Assembly (NCBI GenBank): GCA_010909165.1
Contig: MU008157.1
Span: 868,001 to 932,000, forward strand
DNA: 64,000 nucleotides
Source: Anthoceros angustus
Lineage: Eukaryota; Plantae; Anthocerotophyta
Direction: 5' to 3'
The translations under genes and the position numbers were made by a program. The notes below the pieces were generated by a model, which saw only the letters and a program-made list of their open reading frames with translations, was not told the origin of the DNA and searched no databases. This document shows, piece after piece, positions 22,252 to 35,160 of the stretch. The stretch's first letter is position 1; the number at the start of each line of letters is the position of its first letter.

Positions 22252-24779
22252 TCATTTTAAATCATTGAAATCAAGCTCAAGATTTGAGTCTGGCATCTCA
22301 TCATCTGCAAGAAGCACATACACCAGGCTAAGAACATCATGTATTCAACCCAACATGTCGGAACGTCGTAGGCTTCAGGTAGGTGGGCTTACCAGGCAAA
22401 TCTTTGCTCGGAGAGGTTAGAAATGCATCTGGAGCTAAATAAGGAGAACCTGTATAGCTCTGCACAAGATCTGCACACAGAAAAGAGTTACTACATGATG
22501 CCCCAAGTCTACATAAACCATTTTCAGTAGACAAATTACCAGAGCTGTTCGTCAAATCTGCTGTCAGATCGGAGAGGCTAAAGTTCCGAGGAAGCTGCCC
22601 GAGAGATCCCAAAGACCTTTTCACATCTACAACAGACAGCATCAGTCACAAGTCAGTTCTCCCATTGCCTGTGCCCTGGAACGTCCAGATTGTTCTACAT
22701 TGCACAAGACACGAAGAAAGTGCAGACTCAGTCTCACCAGCACTAGTTAGCTCCGTGGGCAAATCTGAAAAACTGAAGTTCCGAGGTATTGCACTAAGAG
22801 GTTCCAAAGACTCTCTTGGCACCACGTCAGTATCTGCTCCGCTAATGGGTAACGTCGTGGGGCTCGGGTCATTGGAGGAGGCAAAGGGAGTATCCAGAGA
22901 CATGGAGGTTCCCATTCCAATTGCCCCCATATCTGAAACCCCAAACGGAAACCCACTACTGGACATGCCACCTGGAGCTGGGGACATAGAACCGAGGGAC
23001 ATCTCACTGTTGCCAGATGACAAATTCCCCGAACCAGAAGACTGTAGTACAGGCGACATTCCCATGGTGATATCGACGATTCCACTGCATCATTAACCAA
23101 GACTCCCCGGTATTAGCTGTAGGCCATGACACAGTCCTTTCACACTCCTCACTACAGGTGCAAGAGATTGAAATGAGAAAAACCAACCCCTGCCACTTAG
23201 ACTGTATTCCAGGCTTGGAACGCATGACTCAGAATTGAAATCCAGAGGACAGGTAAAACAGCAGTAAAGGGACAGCCTAGATCATGGGTGGGCTCCCTAG
23301 AGATGGGCCACTCAGAAAAGTTAGAAAGGTACTTTGGGCCTGGACTGCCCTGAGGAGATGGGAAGCCGTCTTGCATGGCAGTTGCTCCATTCATCAAGGG
23401 TGGACTCTGAGGCATTGGCATGGGAGCCAGGTGATGATGTCCAGGGGGTACGGCCGCAGCCTGCTGATGTGCCACAGGATACCCAATTGGCGGATGATGC
23501 ACTGCAAAATTTTGAACTGCCATTCCTCAGCCAACAGCTTCCATGTAAGATTCAAGGACCAGGACCGGACAGAAAAAAAAAAAAAGGAAACAAGATCTCC
23601 ACACAGCAACCTGGCTACACTCAAGGTCCTAGCACAAGTGTCTGCGGAAGCACTCTTAGAAGCTGCCTTTGGAAAGAAGAAAGCTCTTCTTCAAATTCCA
23701 TGTGCGTGAAACCTGAGAACCGGTGCCTTACTGGGTTGCGGATGCATGCCGTTGGGCATGGCAGGAACTGCTGAGAGGGGAGGTGGGGTGGGATACATTC
23801 GCATCTTCTTCAACAGCGAGGACTGCTGCTCAAGCAAGTGGTTGAACATGACAATTTGCTTCTTCAACTTTAGCCTGGTGTAGTACGCTTTGAAAAAATC
23901 AGGATTCTGCTCTTCCAGCTTCTGCCAGACTGAGATCACAAAGAGGTGAAAACTTCAGCGCTCTTGTGTCCTGAAACTGAGATGAAATGCTCATTCAGGT
24001 ATGACATGAACTCACCCAGACTTGTGAAGCCAGGTTCTATCTTTGCTTGGTACTGAAGGGTCGTAATAACTTCCGACTGATTCATGTACAGTTGGAGACA
24101 ACGCTCGATCAAGTTTTGCACCTACACACCCAGAGAAAGTAATTTTATTCCCCGGCGCTCAGCCAGTCCGAGCGCAAATCTTTGCCCCAAGGAAAAAATA
24201 GACACGGACCAGCTGAATGTCTTCGCAAGAAATTTTTCTGCCTTCGCCAGTTGGATTTGCAGCTGGAGCGGAGGCAGTGGTAGCACCGGCTTGCCCTGTC
24301 TGTCGAGGCTGAGGCTCGACAGTTTGAGGCTCCTGTTTCTGCTGAGGTTGCTGCTGCTGCTGCTGTTTGGCCTGTGGCTGAGGCGGCTGCGACTTTTGTT
24401 GAGGTTGCGGAGACTGCGCCTGAGCCTGCGGCTTGTGCTGTGCTGGTGCCGGTTGCTGCTTCACATGACCTCCTGTTGTCTGCTGCTTCTGCTGAGATAG
24501 TGCAGTTTGCGGCTTCTGCTGTCCTGGTGCCGGCTGCTGCTGCTTCTGCTGTGTCGACGCTGCCTGCTGCTGCTGCTGCTGTGTCGACGCTGCCTGCTGC
24601 AGCTTCTGTGGCGCTTGCCCTGCTTGCTGCTTGTGCTGGGCAGATGTGGATTGCTGATGCTTCGACTGGGCAGCTGCCGGTGGTTGCTTCTGGTGTGCTA
24701 GCGATGGTGGCTGTTCTTGCTGCTGCGAAGCTGAATCTTTCTTGACTGGCTTCTCATCCACTTCCATGGCTTGTTTCAT
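22252..24779 (-). CDS. TIGR01589 (A_thal_3526) plant-specific domain protein with a Gln-rich N-terminus
   Basis: ISCEDIQL|VQNLIERCLQLYMNQSEVI.TL..QAKIEPGFTSL|VWQKLEEQNPDFFKAYYTRLKLKKQI..FNHLLEQQ; repeated PRNFSFSDL / PRNFSLSDL motifs; TGA at 22252-22254. Confidence 0.8.
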
Positions 24780-24860
24780 CTCCCCTCCACACCCGAAAAC
24801 CCTTCCTCAGGGCTTCTATCCCATACACCGGCTCTCATTCAGACATATGGAAACCACTCT

Positions 24861-25040
24861 TCACATGCCCAGTTTCCTCCTCGCCCATAAGCGAGTCCAG
24901 AAACCGACACCCGGATCCCTCAGCTCCAGCATCTTGTGAGAAATGACACTCTGAATCCTATCCTTGGCTGGTGAGGAGAAGAATTCCAAACCCATCCTGG
25001 ATTGAAGCTTCACTGGACAATCCCACACGCGGGGACACAT
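24861..25040 (-). other. Candidate upstream ORF (59 aa) in the leader of the TIGR01589 gene
   Basis: ATG at 25040, stop ending 81 nt before the main ATG. Peptide MCPRVWDCPVKLQSRMGLEFFSSPAKDRIQSVISHKMLELRDPGVGFWTRLWARRKLGM. Translation and conservation are not shown. Confidence 0.4.
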
Positions 25041-25326
25041 CCTGACCCGCCATCGCAGAAGCAAAAGCGACCAGCAAACTAAGGCCCTCCCCTTGCCAGA
25101 GCATCTAAAAGGCACCCGATTTACAGCAAAAAAGATGTTGGGCTGTGGTGGGCTGGGCTGGGCTCATGAACATATGGATATGGTTCCAAGTTTCCGAAAC
25201 AAACTCTCAGTTTGGTAGGTAACCGAATGAACATACCCAACAGACCCAACTCTCAGATGCATCGAGATTCCCCACCCAGCTCCACATCTCTGTGGGCACG
25301 AGGACCCGGGCATTCAGAAAGGATAG

Positions 25327-25334
25327 AACCCTAA
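25327..25334. promoter_or_regulatory. Telo-box-like element (AACCCTAA) in the divergent promoter between the TIGR01589 and AFG1 genes
   Basis: GAACCCTAACCCC with a second GAACCCTAG a few bp away, between two head-to-head genes. Confidence 0.4.
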
Positions 25335-25577
25335 CCCCAGAACCCTAGTCAGGAAGAATGATGCCCGCGCTCCGATGTAAAGGAGAACGCATTCACGTTC
25401 AGTTCAGTTCAGCCACTCCTATTTTTATGCAGGTCTTGATAATGGGCATATCTATATCCATCCGCAGGCAAAGTACATAAGAGTACACCCACAATGTGGT
25501 ACCTGGTCTCCTACCTCGTCCGATGAGCAGATCCGGGAGGAACCCAAAGCTCCGAGCCCTTCACTTCAATTGATGCC

Positions 25578-28500
25578 ATGAGCACATGGGGCCGCTGTCG
25601 GCCTGTGTTGGGGTTGCTGCTCAGCAGCAGGAATCTGGGTGCCCGTCCAACATCCGGACCGGGGTCATGGGTGCTGGGCATGGCAAGAGCCTTGGTGCAT
25701 GGAGGAGCAGACTTGCAAGCCATCAAGGTGGGGACTCCTCCGTTAGCCGCCTACAATGAGCTGGTAAAGCAGGGCTCCATCAAGCTGGATCAGGGGCAGG
25801 TGACGGCGTTGCAGCCGCTGGAACGCCTGTTTGAGGAGCTGCAGACTTACCAGCCTCCTGCAGATGATCTCACCTCCAAGATCTTTTCAGCCATTCGGTT
25901 GCGGCCCCCACCCAAGGCACCTCAAGGGTAGGCCACTGTGCTTGGGCGTTGGGGTGAAGGGAACTTTGGATGTCAGGATTGGATGTACACTAGTACGCAT
26001 CTTCTGCATTTCGTCAGTCAGGTACCAGTGACAGGAAGGAGTGGTCAGCCTCCCACGTCAAGTATGTAGTACAGTACAGGAAAACGAAAAATGTCTGTCC
26101 TTTGACGACATGGGTACTCGACCCGCGTCGAGATCCGATGCGGACCACATATGAGGATGCTAAATGTACGTCCTAGATCTGTTCAATTCAGGTCGAGAGA
26201 GAGGGGCGGGGAATTGGATTGGGGCCAGAGGGGTATGCATGGTGCGTGGGATGCACTAGTAAGGCATCAAGTTGTCCCAACCATGCCGAATGCTCCCGAT
26301 GCAAGAGGGTGCTCCATCCAGAGAATGCTTGGGATACAAGACTGTAGGACTTCAGAGCAGCTGTAGATGTCTATCGCACAATCGCTCCCGCCCAGTTGTC
26401 GGCTTCTACTTTCTTGGAAAGAGCGTTCCTGGTTTGGTGGTCATGTTTCTGGTGCTTGTCCATCTGCAGGGTTTACATTTATGGAGGGGTGGGTACAGGG
26501 AAATCTTTGGTGGCAGATATTTTTTTCCACTGCAGCCCTACGAAAAGCAAGCGTCGGGTGCACTTTCATCAGTTCATGCTCGACGTGCATAAGAGGTGTG
26601 TGGTCGGTCATTTCCCTCCCACTTCTTGAATCATGTGATCCTTTTTGCCATTTTTTTTTTGGGAGGAGTGGGGGGACTCCTTTAGGTTCAGCCAGCTTCG
26701 GAGGATTAGCCCTCGGGCACTTACCCATTTGTTGCATAGAAGCCAGGCTCGATTGATTTGTGGTGAATTGGCTGAGGGCATAGGCTGCATGAGAAGAGAT
26801 TGAAAGGAGACAAGACTGGCGATCATGTTGAATCTGTGGCTAATGACCTTTTGAAAGCAGGCTGGCTGCTCTGCTTCGATGAATTTCAAGTGCGTGAACA
26901 TGTCAAGCTCATCTGTCATTCTCGTTGTAGATACCTATCTATTAGAACGTTTGAGGCATCACGAGATGGTATGAGTTTGTTCATGAGTTGCTACTGCCAA
27001 AGACATGCACATGGTGTGTGAATTGCAATAGTTGCTGTTCAAGGATGAATCTGCTGCGTCCTTGTGATTGGATGAATGCAAGTTTTGCTCATCCTGTGAG
27101 TTTGAACAGGTTATAGACATAGCTGATGCAATGATCTTAAGAAGGTTGCTGGAGAATTTACTTTCTCATGGGGCTGTTATGGTTGCATCTTCCAATCGAG
27201 CTCCTGCAGACGTAAGTTGAGAGTGGCCATTTCCATGCATGTCCTACTATGTTGATCTCACATCTAACAAGGGCTGTTTGTGGCAGCTATATAAAAACGG
27301 TTTGCAGCGGGATCTCTTTGTGCCGTGCATTGAGCTGATAAAGCAACGGTGCCAGGTCCATGCATTTCGCCCAAACTCCCCAGATTACCGCTTGGTTGGT
27401 GCACGGCCAGATGGGTCCAGGTTGGCTAACCATTTTGATATCACTGTTGGGATAATCAAAATGAGACGGCGATCTATTGAGAGTTTCTGCATGAACTGTC
27501 TTCTTCGATGCAGTGAAATTGCAACTGTCTGGCACATGCCATTGAATGAGGAGACCAAGCAAGCGATGCAGAAGGTATTCCTTAAGCTTGCTGGGAATCG
27601 CCTTATTGGACCAGTGGTGTTGAAGGAAGGTTCTCGTGCAATTACTGGTTTGTAAAGCCCCACCCGTGTCTCACTTTGGATTTCCCTATCCATATGCTGC
27701 AGGCTCCTTTATGTAACCATCATCCTCTATGGTTGCAGTTCCAAAAGCAGCAGGTGGAATTGCTTTCTTCAGTTTCAAAGACCTGTGTGGCACCCCCAGA
27801 GGAGCTTCAGACTACCTCGCCGTTGCCACATCTTTCCATACAGTCTTCATTGAAAACATCCCTCGGATGACCCGGGCTGACAGTGAAATGGTACATTTGG
27901 AATGGATTCCTTGACCTGTAGCCTTCTGGTACATGATAAGACTTTCACAAACTCAGGGTCACTGGGGTTTTGCTGTGAACACTACCCCTTCAGAATGCCA
28001 TTCTTGTGTCAAGTGCAGGCAAGGAGATTCATCACTCTGGTGGATGTTTTCTATGAACAAGTAATGCTCTAATGGCTCAACAATCTTAAGTGTCTACATT
28101 TACCATGTCAAAAAATGACAGCTGTGTGGAAACCAGTGGCAAGGGTTCTCAACATGGCAAGTTTTTCTGGCAGAAAGTGAAGCTTATAGCCAGCGCAGCG
28201 GTTGATCCAGGAAGCATATACCAACCCAGGTAATGCAAAAGCTAATCTTCACAGAACAATCAATCAATCATCTCTCTTTGAAAGGCACAGTTTCAGCTGT
28301 TTGTGTTCGTCACAGTCTTGCCTCTAGTTTGCTTTGTTCAGGATTAATCCCCTACTCCTTCCGCAGGGTAGATGAGGACTCTGATACGGCATCCACTGCA
28401 AAGAAAGAAGAACCAAAACCCAGTTCGTCAGCCTACGAGGAGAAAGATGAAGAGTTTGCTTTTGCGAGAACTGTTTCTCGGTTGAACCACATGCAATCTG

Positions 28501-28984
28501 CTGACTACTTGAGTGCCGCTTGGGCTACCCCTGGCAAAGCTTTCATAATACATCTCGAGTCCATGACTCTCAAAGAAGGAGACCTGCGGAGGCAAGGCTG
28601 CTAATGATCAACTAGTTCTGCACCGGGTCTACATTACCTTTGTGCTCACCCTAAGAACCTTGTGTGCAGGGTTTGGGACAGATACAATGTTAACTCTGAC
28701 AACATCCTGAGTAGGGAAGAGCTGCTGATGATGATGGAAGATCTCACGGAGATAAAGTGTTTCCACAGACACGTACCCAAGGTAATTACTCACAGGGTGA
28801 TGTGTGCACCTGTTGGGTTGTTTCATCACCTCATGGGAAAGGTTAATCCGGGTTTGTGCTCTTTCTTTAGGAGCTGATCGACGACATGTACAACAAATTG
28901 GATGCTAACAAAGATGGTGTCGTCGTATGGGAGGAGTTCCGTGACTACTTTCTGAAGTACGGACTGCAGGTCCAAGCAGTATAG
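25578..28984 (+). CDS. AFG1: AFG1/ZapE/LACE1-like ATPase with a C-terminal EF-hand pair, multi-exon
   Basis: Walker [12 protein letters not shown]; [13 protein letters not shown]; Walker B LCFDEFQV; SNRAP; [19 protein letters not shown]; DYLAVA; [12 protein letters not shown]; [15 protein letters not shown]. These are followed by [12 protein letters not shown] and [12 protein letters not shown] loops; TAG at 28982-28984. Confidence 0.85.
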
Positions 28985-29973
28985 CCTTCATCCCCTTGCT
29001 GTAATAATCTGAAAGCTCTAATAATCTGAAAGAAGGAAGGGGGGAGAGGGGGAGGGTTGTCAAAGTCTGAAGGTCTGTTTGGCCCACCCTTAAATAAAGG
29101 GCTTTATTATTGTTTTTAGTTGAGACTATCGGCAATTGTGTTTTCAGCCAAAGTAGGACACTTGCTTTGAGCCAACTTTCTTCGACATAAGCCCCAAAGC
29201 GGGTACCTCCTAAAGGTATTTCCTATGAACCTGCGGTGTAGTTGCAACTTGAGTTATTATAACTTGAGTTATTTCATGGTTGAGAAGATAAAGGCTTTGA
29301 GCACCTGGTACAAGTAATCCAATTCCTAATGAGAGGCATGTATTTGTATATCAGTTGATAATTTAATGGTTTAAGTAATAATTTAATTATATGTATATAT
29401 TAATAGTTTTGGATTGAACAACAACTTCGGTACCTATATTAGAAATTTGTGGTGTTGTATGTCTTAAGGTGTTTGAACTTCATCGCCTAAGTGTTTTGAT
29501 ATTTGTAACGTTCCATGAATATAGGTGCTCAAAACATGGAGTGTAGTTGGAGGGATACTTTTAGTGATATAGGTAGTTGATAGGATATTTTTGGTGGAGT
29601 TTAGTTGGCAGGACATGTTGGAGAGATATTGTTGGTGGTGTGTATGTGATGGATAAAATATTTTGGGTGAAGTTTAATTGAGATGTTTTTGGTGTCTCAC
29701 GTTACCTTCTATCATTGTAAGATTGTTTTCCTTTCTCCTACAAGTTAGTGTTGTATGTGACATATTGTTATGAAATATTATACAAGGTAAATATGTAGTA
29801 AATATGGATAGGCACAGGACCATGTGCAATATATATGGGTAGTTTAGTGTATAGGGTTTAGCACAGCCAGCCAGGAGCCGTTTTGTCATGTAGCCATGAG
29901 TTGTTTTTTTCTTGATCTATGGTAACATAGTTTTGTTCTTGACCTATGGTAACGCAATTATTACTATCGCCCT

Positions 29974-30191
29974 TTGGGTTCTATTGTAAGGCTCTTAGAG
30001 ACCCACATGTTACAAGGGCATTCGACAACCCCTTATTACAAGGTTTCAGTTATTTCCATGTGATGGCCCCTTGTCGTAGAGCTTGGGTTTTATTGTAAGG
30101 CCCTTCGAGACCCCACATGTTACAATGGCATTTGGCAACTCCTTATTATAAGGTTTCTGCTATTTCCCCATGATGGGCCCTTGTTGTAAGG
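29974..30191. repeat. 109-bp tandem duplication
   Basis: TTGGGTT.TATTGTAAGG...CCCACATGTTACAA.GGCATT...CCTTATTA.AAGGTTT occurs at 29974 and 30083. Confidence 0.85.
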
Positions 30192-30540
30192 TTCTCCAGC
30201 CTCGTAATTGATATATCTCCTTGTTGTAGGGTCTTTTAAACCCTTTTAGTTGATTGAAATACAAAATACTCAGTAATTATAAGTGAGCCATCGCAAGATG
30301 GTTCCTCTAATTGTAAGATCTTCTAAGGCCTCCTAAATGCCTATATCTCCTTGCTGAAAGGCCTTTAAGACCCTCTAAATTTAATGAAATTAAAGTACTC
30401 AATATTACTATGTAGGTGTAAAAAACGTATTGGAGGTCTATAAAATTTAAACAAGCTACAAGGTAGAATATTAGGTATTTTAGAAATAGGATAAGAAGTG
30501 AATTTAAGTTGTGCTTGTTTATTGAAAATGGAGTAACCGA

Positions 30541-30654
30541 TATTGAATTGTACTTGGCTACTTTATTACTGCCTAACTTGATTAAAACAACCAACCGTAT
30601 TGATCTGTACTTGGTTAGTTTATTACTCCCTAACTTAATTAAAACAACCAACGG
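30541..30654. repeat. 57-bp tandem duplication
   Basis: TATTGA..TGTACTTGG.TA.TTTATTACT.CCTAACTT.ATTAAAACAACCAAC.G occurs twice. Confidence 0.9.
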
Positions 30655-31007
30655 TTTGGATTATGTACCTAGGTTGGACATCCTCAGTCCTTAGCACTTT
30701 CTTCACTTCATCTAAAAGTTCAAGTGTCTCCCAGCTAGCTATCTTGGAAGGAGGAGCTAATCAAACATTTACTTTATTGGAGCTTATGTTTATAATATTT
30801 GAAAGGTAGTTTGTGCAAACACTGTTCCAGAAACAAAGTACAAGCAAGAGAACCATGAAAGCATATGAGATTCATGAATATGAGACCACATTCCATAAGT
30901 TTTACAACCCGTGAACTATTACAAGTAGTTGAGATTCCAAATCTCTAATTGAAGTACAAGCTGATTTTTTCTTTGAAGGTGTGACAATCTTAAAATTGTT
31001 CGCATAT

Positions 31008-34000
31008 ATGACGGTATTGAAGCTTTTTGTGCTTTTACTAGCTATAAATGTGGCATTGGGGAGTACGGAACAAATTTCCCCTCATGTTTTTATAGTTAGA
31101 ATGAGGGAGCCACCTCTTGTTGCTCATTATGACACACTGATGGCTAGAGCTCTAGGGGTTGATTATTATCCTTCTTCAAAAAAGTTGGATCTTTCAGCTA
31201 GGTAACCTTACTAATCATCACAGATTCATTTTATAGACATTATGTATCATTTTTGTTACTAATTTTATGAAAGAATATTAACATTTATTGGTCCTCATGT
31301 GCAGTGAATCTTTACAAGTATATAGTAATCAACTAAGGACCTCACATATTGAGCTTTTAGCATCTCTCTTTGAACCAAGTAGCTATGAAATCCTGTACAG
31401 CTATACCAATCTTTTGAATGCCTTTGCAGTCAAGCTCCAGGATTCTCTTCAAGTACATATACATCTTCACCTGAGCTCATATAGTTTTAAGTTTTTCAAT
31501 TAAGCATTGAATTGTCTGAATTAGTCGACTACATATATTTTTTCTCATCAAAATTATTGCTTTCTTTTCAGATTGAAACAATAGCACAACATCCCCAAGT
31601 TGTTTCAACTGAACAAGAAGTAGTCTTTCACAAATCCACTACTCATACTCCTGAATTTTTAGGACTTAACTCTGGATGGCAAAATGTTGGAGGAATTCAT
31701 TATGCTGGGGAGGACGTGGTTATTGGCTTTTTAGACACTGGAATTTTTCCTTATCATCATAGTTTTTCTAATAAACCTTCTCATCCATATAAGCCTTTAA
31801 AACAATGGCCATTGATAAACTCTTCAAAATGCGAATTGAACTTAGATGACTTTCCTAAGGGTGCATGCAATGGAAAGATAGTGGCTGCAAGACATTTTTC
31901 TAAAGGCATTATAGCTGCAAATATATTTAATGCGAGCTACGATTTTAACTCACCATTAGATGGAGATGGCCATGGAACGTGAGTTACTATTCTAATTATT
32001 GTGTGCTGCAATTATTATCTACCTTAATTATTTTTAGGAATTCCATCAAATTCTTGTAGATTAACGTTGAAATGTACTCTCGATAGGCACACTGCAGCAA
32101 CAGCAGCTGGAAATAATGGAGTTCCAGTTCATGTTGCTGGATTTCAATACGGTTGGGCAAGTGGAGTTGCTCCACGTGCAAGGTTACAATGTACTTTATT
32201 GTATTTGGATTTTGTACATGGATAACACTACATATTGAATTGAAGTTATGTGATTAATTATTCTTGCAGATTGGGGATATACAAGGTGATTTATCGAGAT
32301 GGTGGTTTTTTATCAGATGTTCTTGCTGGCATTGATCAGGTATTATAAAATTATTGTATTTAGAATTGGCATAATCAAAATCTTCCAAAGTAAAAATGTT
32401 TAAGTATTTGTTGTGCATCAGGCTATTCAAGATGGCGTGGATGTGTTGAGCATATCTTTAGGAGCCACCACAGGAGCTTATGGAATTCCATGCCTCAATT
32501 CGTTTGATATTGCTCTTTTACTCGCTGTTAAAGCTGGAGTTATAATCGTCCATGCAGCTGGAAATAACGGGCCCTTTCCCATGAGCATGAATTCGTATGG
32601 CCCTTGGCTGATTTCTGTTGCTGCTGGGACTACAGACAGAGCTTATTTGAATCCTGTAGTTCTTGGAAATGGTCAAGAAGTTGATGGATACGGACTTTCA
32701 GGTAGGTAATTCACACTAATCATTTTTTTGAATTATGTCGTATTTGTATATATTGAGTAATTTTTAGTGTTGCTTTTCGATAAGTATTGTATGTCTTTTT
32801 GACCAAGACATGCATATGATATAGGAGGAACGACAGGGGATGAGTTCCATTCTTTGATATTTGCTCAAGACGCCTTTACCAATAACACCAGTGTGTATGA
32901 CTATGAATATTTTTCATACTGCCAAGACTCTTCACCTTTTAACCTTTCTTTAGTAGAAGGAAAGATTTTGATATGTAATTTTGTGGACTATTTTTCTGGA
33001 GCTGTGTCAACTCAAGTAAATAATGCTATCGCAACTGCTAAAAATACCAGTGCAATAGGACTTATTATCTTGGCACAACCTTCGTCTGATGTTCCACACG
33101 AACATGCTATATCTTTTGATCCCACACCATTATCATTTCCAACAACTTTTATTATTGACTCAAATCTTTCAAAGGTAAAATTGCTGATTATTTCTCTAAG
33201 TTTAACGTATAGATAACATGATATCAACTTCACATATAAATTTCAGATCATCCTTGACTATTACAACAAAGCCACAATGAAGGGTAATTCGAAAGGGGCT
33301 GATATTATCTTTGGAGCAAAAGGGAAGCTGAAGGATTCACGCAATGCTTCATATTCTTTGGAAGCTCCTCAAGTTGTTGCATTTTCTTCAAGAGGGCCTG
33401 TGTACGCAAACACAATTACCTCAACCATCGGTGATATACTAAAGCCTGATATCCTTGCACCTGGATATCAAATATGGGCAGCTTGGAGTCCAATTGGTAC
33501 TGATGTAGGAGGTTTCACGGGTAAGCATACAATCTTGCTATTTATATTTTATAATTTTATTAAATGAGCATGAATTGTTGACACTTCTTAGCTAATACTT
33601 TGCTGAGATGGTTGTAAAAAATTTAAGGCCAAAAGTTTGCTCTATTATCTGGGACAAGTATGGCCGCACCTCATATTGCTGGATTAGCTGCTCTCTTGAG
33701 ACAAAAATACCCAAAATGGACTGTTTCTGCAATTCACTCAGCAATACAAACTACAGCCACATCCATAGATAACAAGTTGAGTCCAATCAAAGCTCAACAA
33801 CCAGAGGGCAACAGCTCGTCATTGATCGGTGTTGCATCACCATTTGATTTGGGAAGTGGTGCTGTGAATGCAAGTGCAGCTTTTGATCCTGGACTTGTCT
33901 TCGTTTCAGGTTTCTCCTCACGTCACACAAATTTCATGTTGTTAGTATGTCTATATTAAAACATAAAAATTTATGAGTTGTAATGACATTGCAGATTTTC

Positions 34001-34508
34001 AAGATTACATAAATTTCCTTTGCACGCTACCGGGGGCAGACGCAAATTCTGTACAGGATGCAACAAGTGCAATTTGTAGAACAAGAGATGGCGCCCGCAC
34101 ATCAGACCTCAATACTCCATCGATTACAGTAGCAAACCTCATAGGAACTCGGCGAGTAAAAAGAGTAGTGACCAATGTAGGCATTCATAGGTACGCACAT
34201 AATGTTAAGATTTATACTAAAGACACATACCTCTATGCATGCACATACACTAATATCTAATGTTTAATGTTGTCTACAGCAAAGAAACTTATACAGCGTC
34301 AGTGATAGCACCAACTGGAGTTGAGGTGACAGTAAGACCTAATTCATTTGTGATCAGGAAAAGGAGGACTTTGACTTTCACCGTAACCTTGAAAACCATA
34401 TATGCAAACCAAGCCTTTGCATTTGGATCTTTGACATGGACCAGTGATAAAGGTCACATTGTAAGGTTGCCACTCTCAGTGGCAGCAAACTCAATCAGCG
34501 GTCGTTAG
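31008..34508 (+). CDS. Subtilisin-like serine protease (SBT2 subfamily-like) with signal peptide, I9 prodomain, PA domain and Fn3-like tail
   Basis: Signal-like MTVLKLFVLLLAINVALGS; catalytic D (IGFLDTG), H (DGDGHGT|HTAATAAG), N (AAGNNG) and S (SGTSMAAPHIAG); KPDILAPG; SPFDLGSG; many short AT-rich introns. Confidence 0.92.
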
Positions 34509-35160
34509 GAAAACAAAACGGGTTGTGGTTTACAGCAAAATGAGTTGTTGTTTACATTTGGTCATAAGCAAAACGGGTTGTGGTTTACAGCACAATGACT
34601 TGTTATTAACATTTGTAGCTTCCGTTCCCCCATGTAGAGGGACGGGATGTATCATGATCAAACTCAGAACTTCATGTCTTTGCTCAATAGTTAACATGTT
34701 TTTTTCCTTCCTTATTTCTCATGAGCAAGAAAGAATATGAGTAAACTATATATATTCATGCTAGCTGATATATCTCTTCACATCAGCAAGGAAGGGAAGG
34801 TGTGTCCTTGCTTACTGTAATGGATTTTCCCAATGTGCTCCCCACATTAGGGAAGGAAATGGGTGAAGTGCCGGCATGAAACTTTTGGTGGAGAAGTGGA
34901 GAAAGTGTCATAGACATGCTTGCAAAGGAAATGAGAGATTAGTTCGGCCACGTCGGAAAGAGAGTGGAGTGTAATTGATATCTCCGGGTGGCGTTAACGT
35001 TGCAGTGAAAATGGTGGCGCTGTTTTCTGCAAAAACTCAGGATCCGCCCATTTCGGCCGCTGCCTTAGCTCCGCTCCGCTTCGCTTCGCTTCGAGGCCTC
35101 GGCCTCGGCCTCGGCCCTGATCTGATGTGGGTAAAGAAACGTTTCCTTCATTGCGGGACA

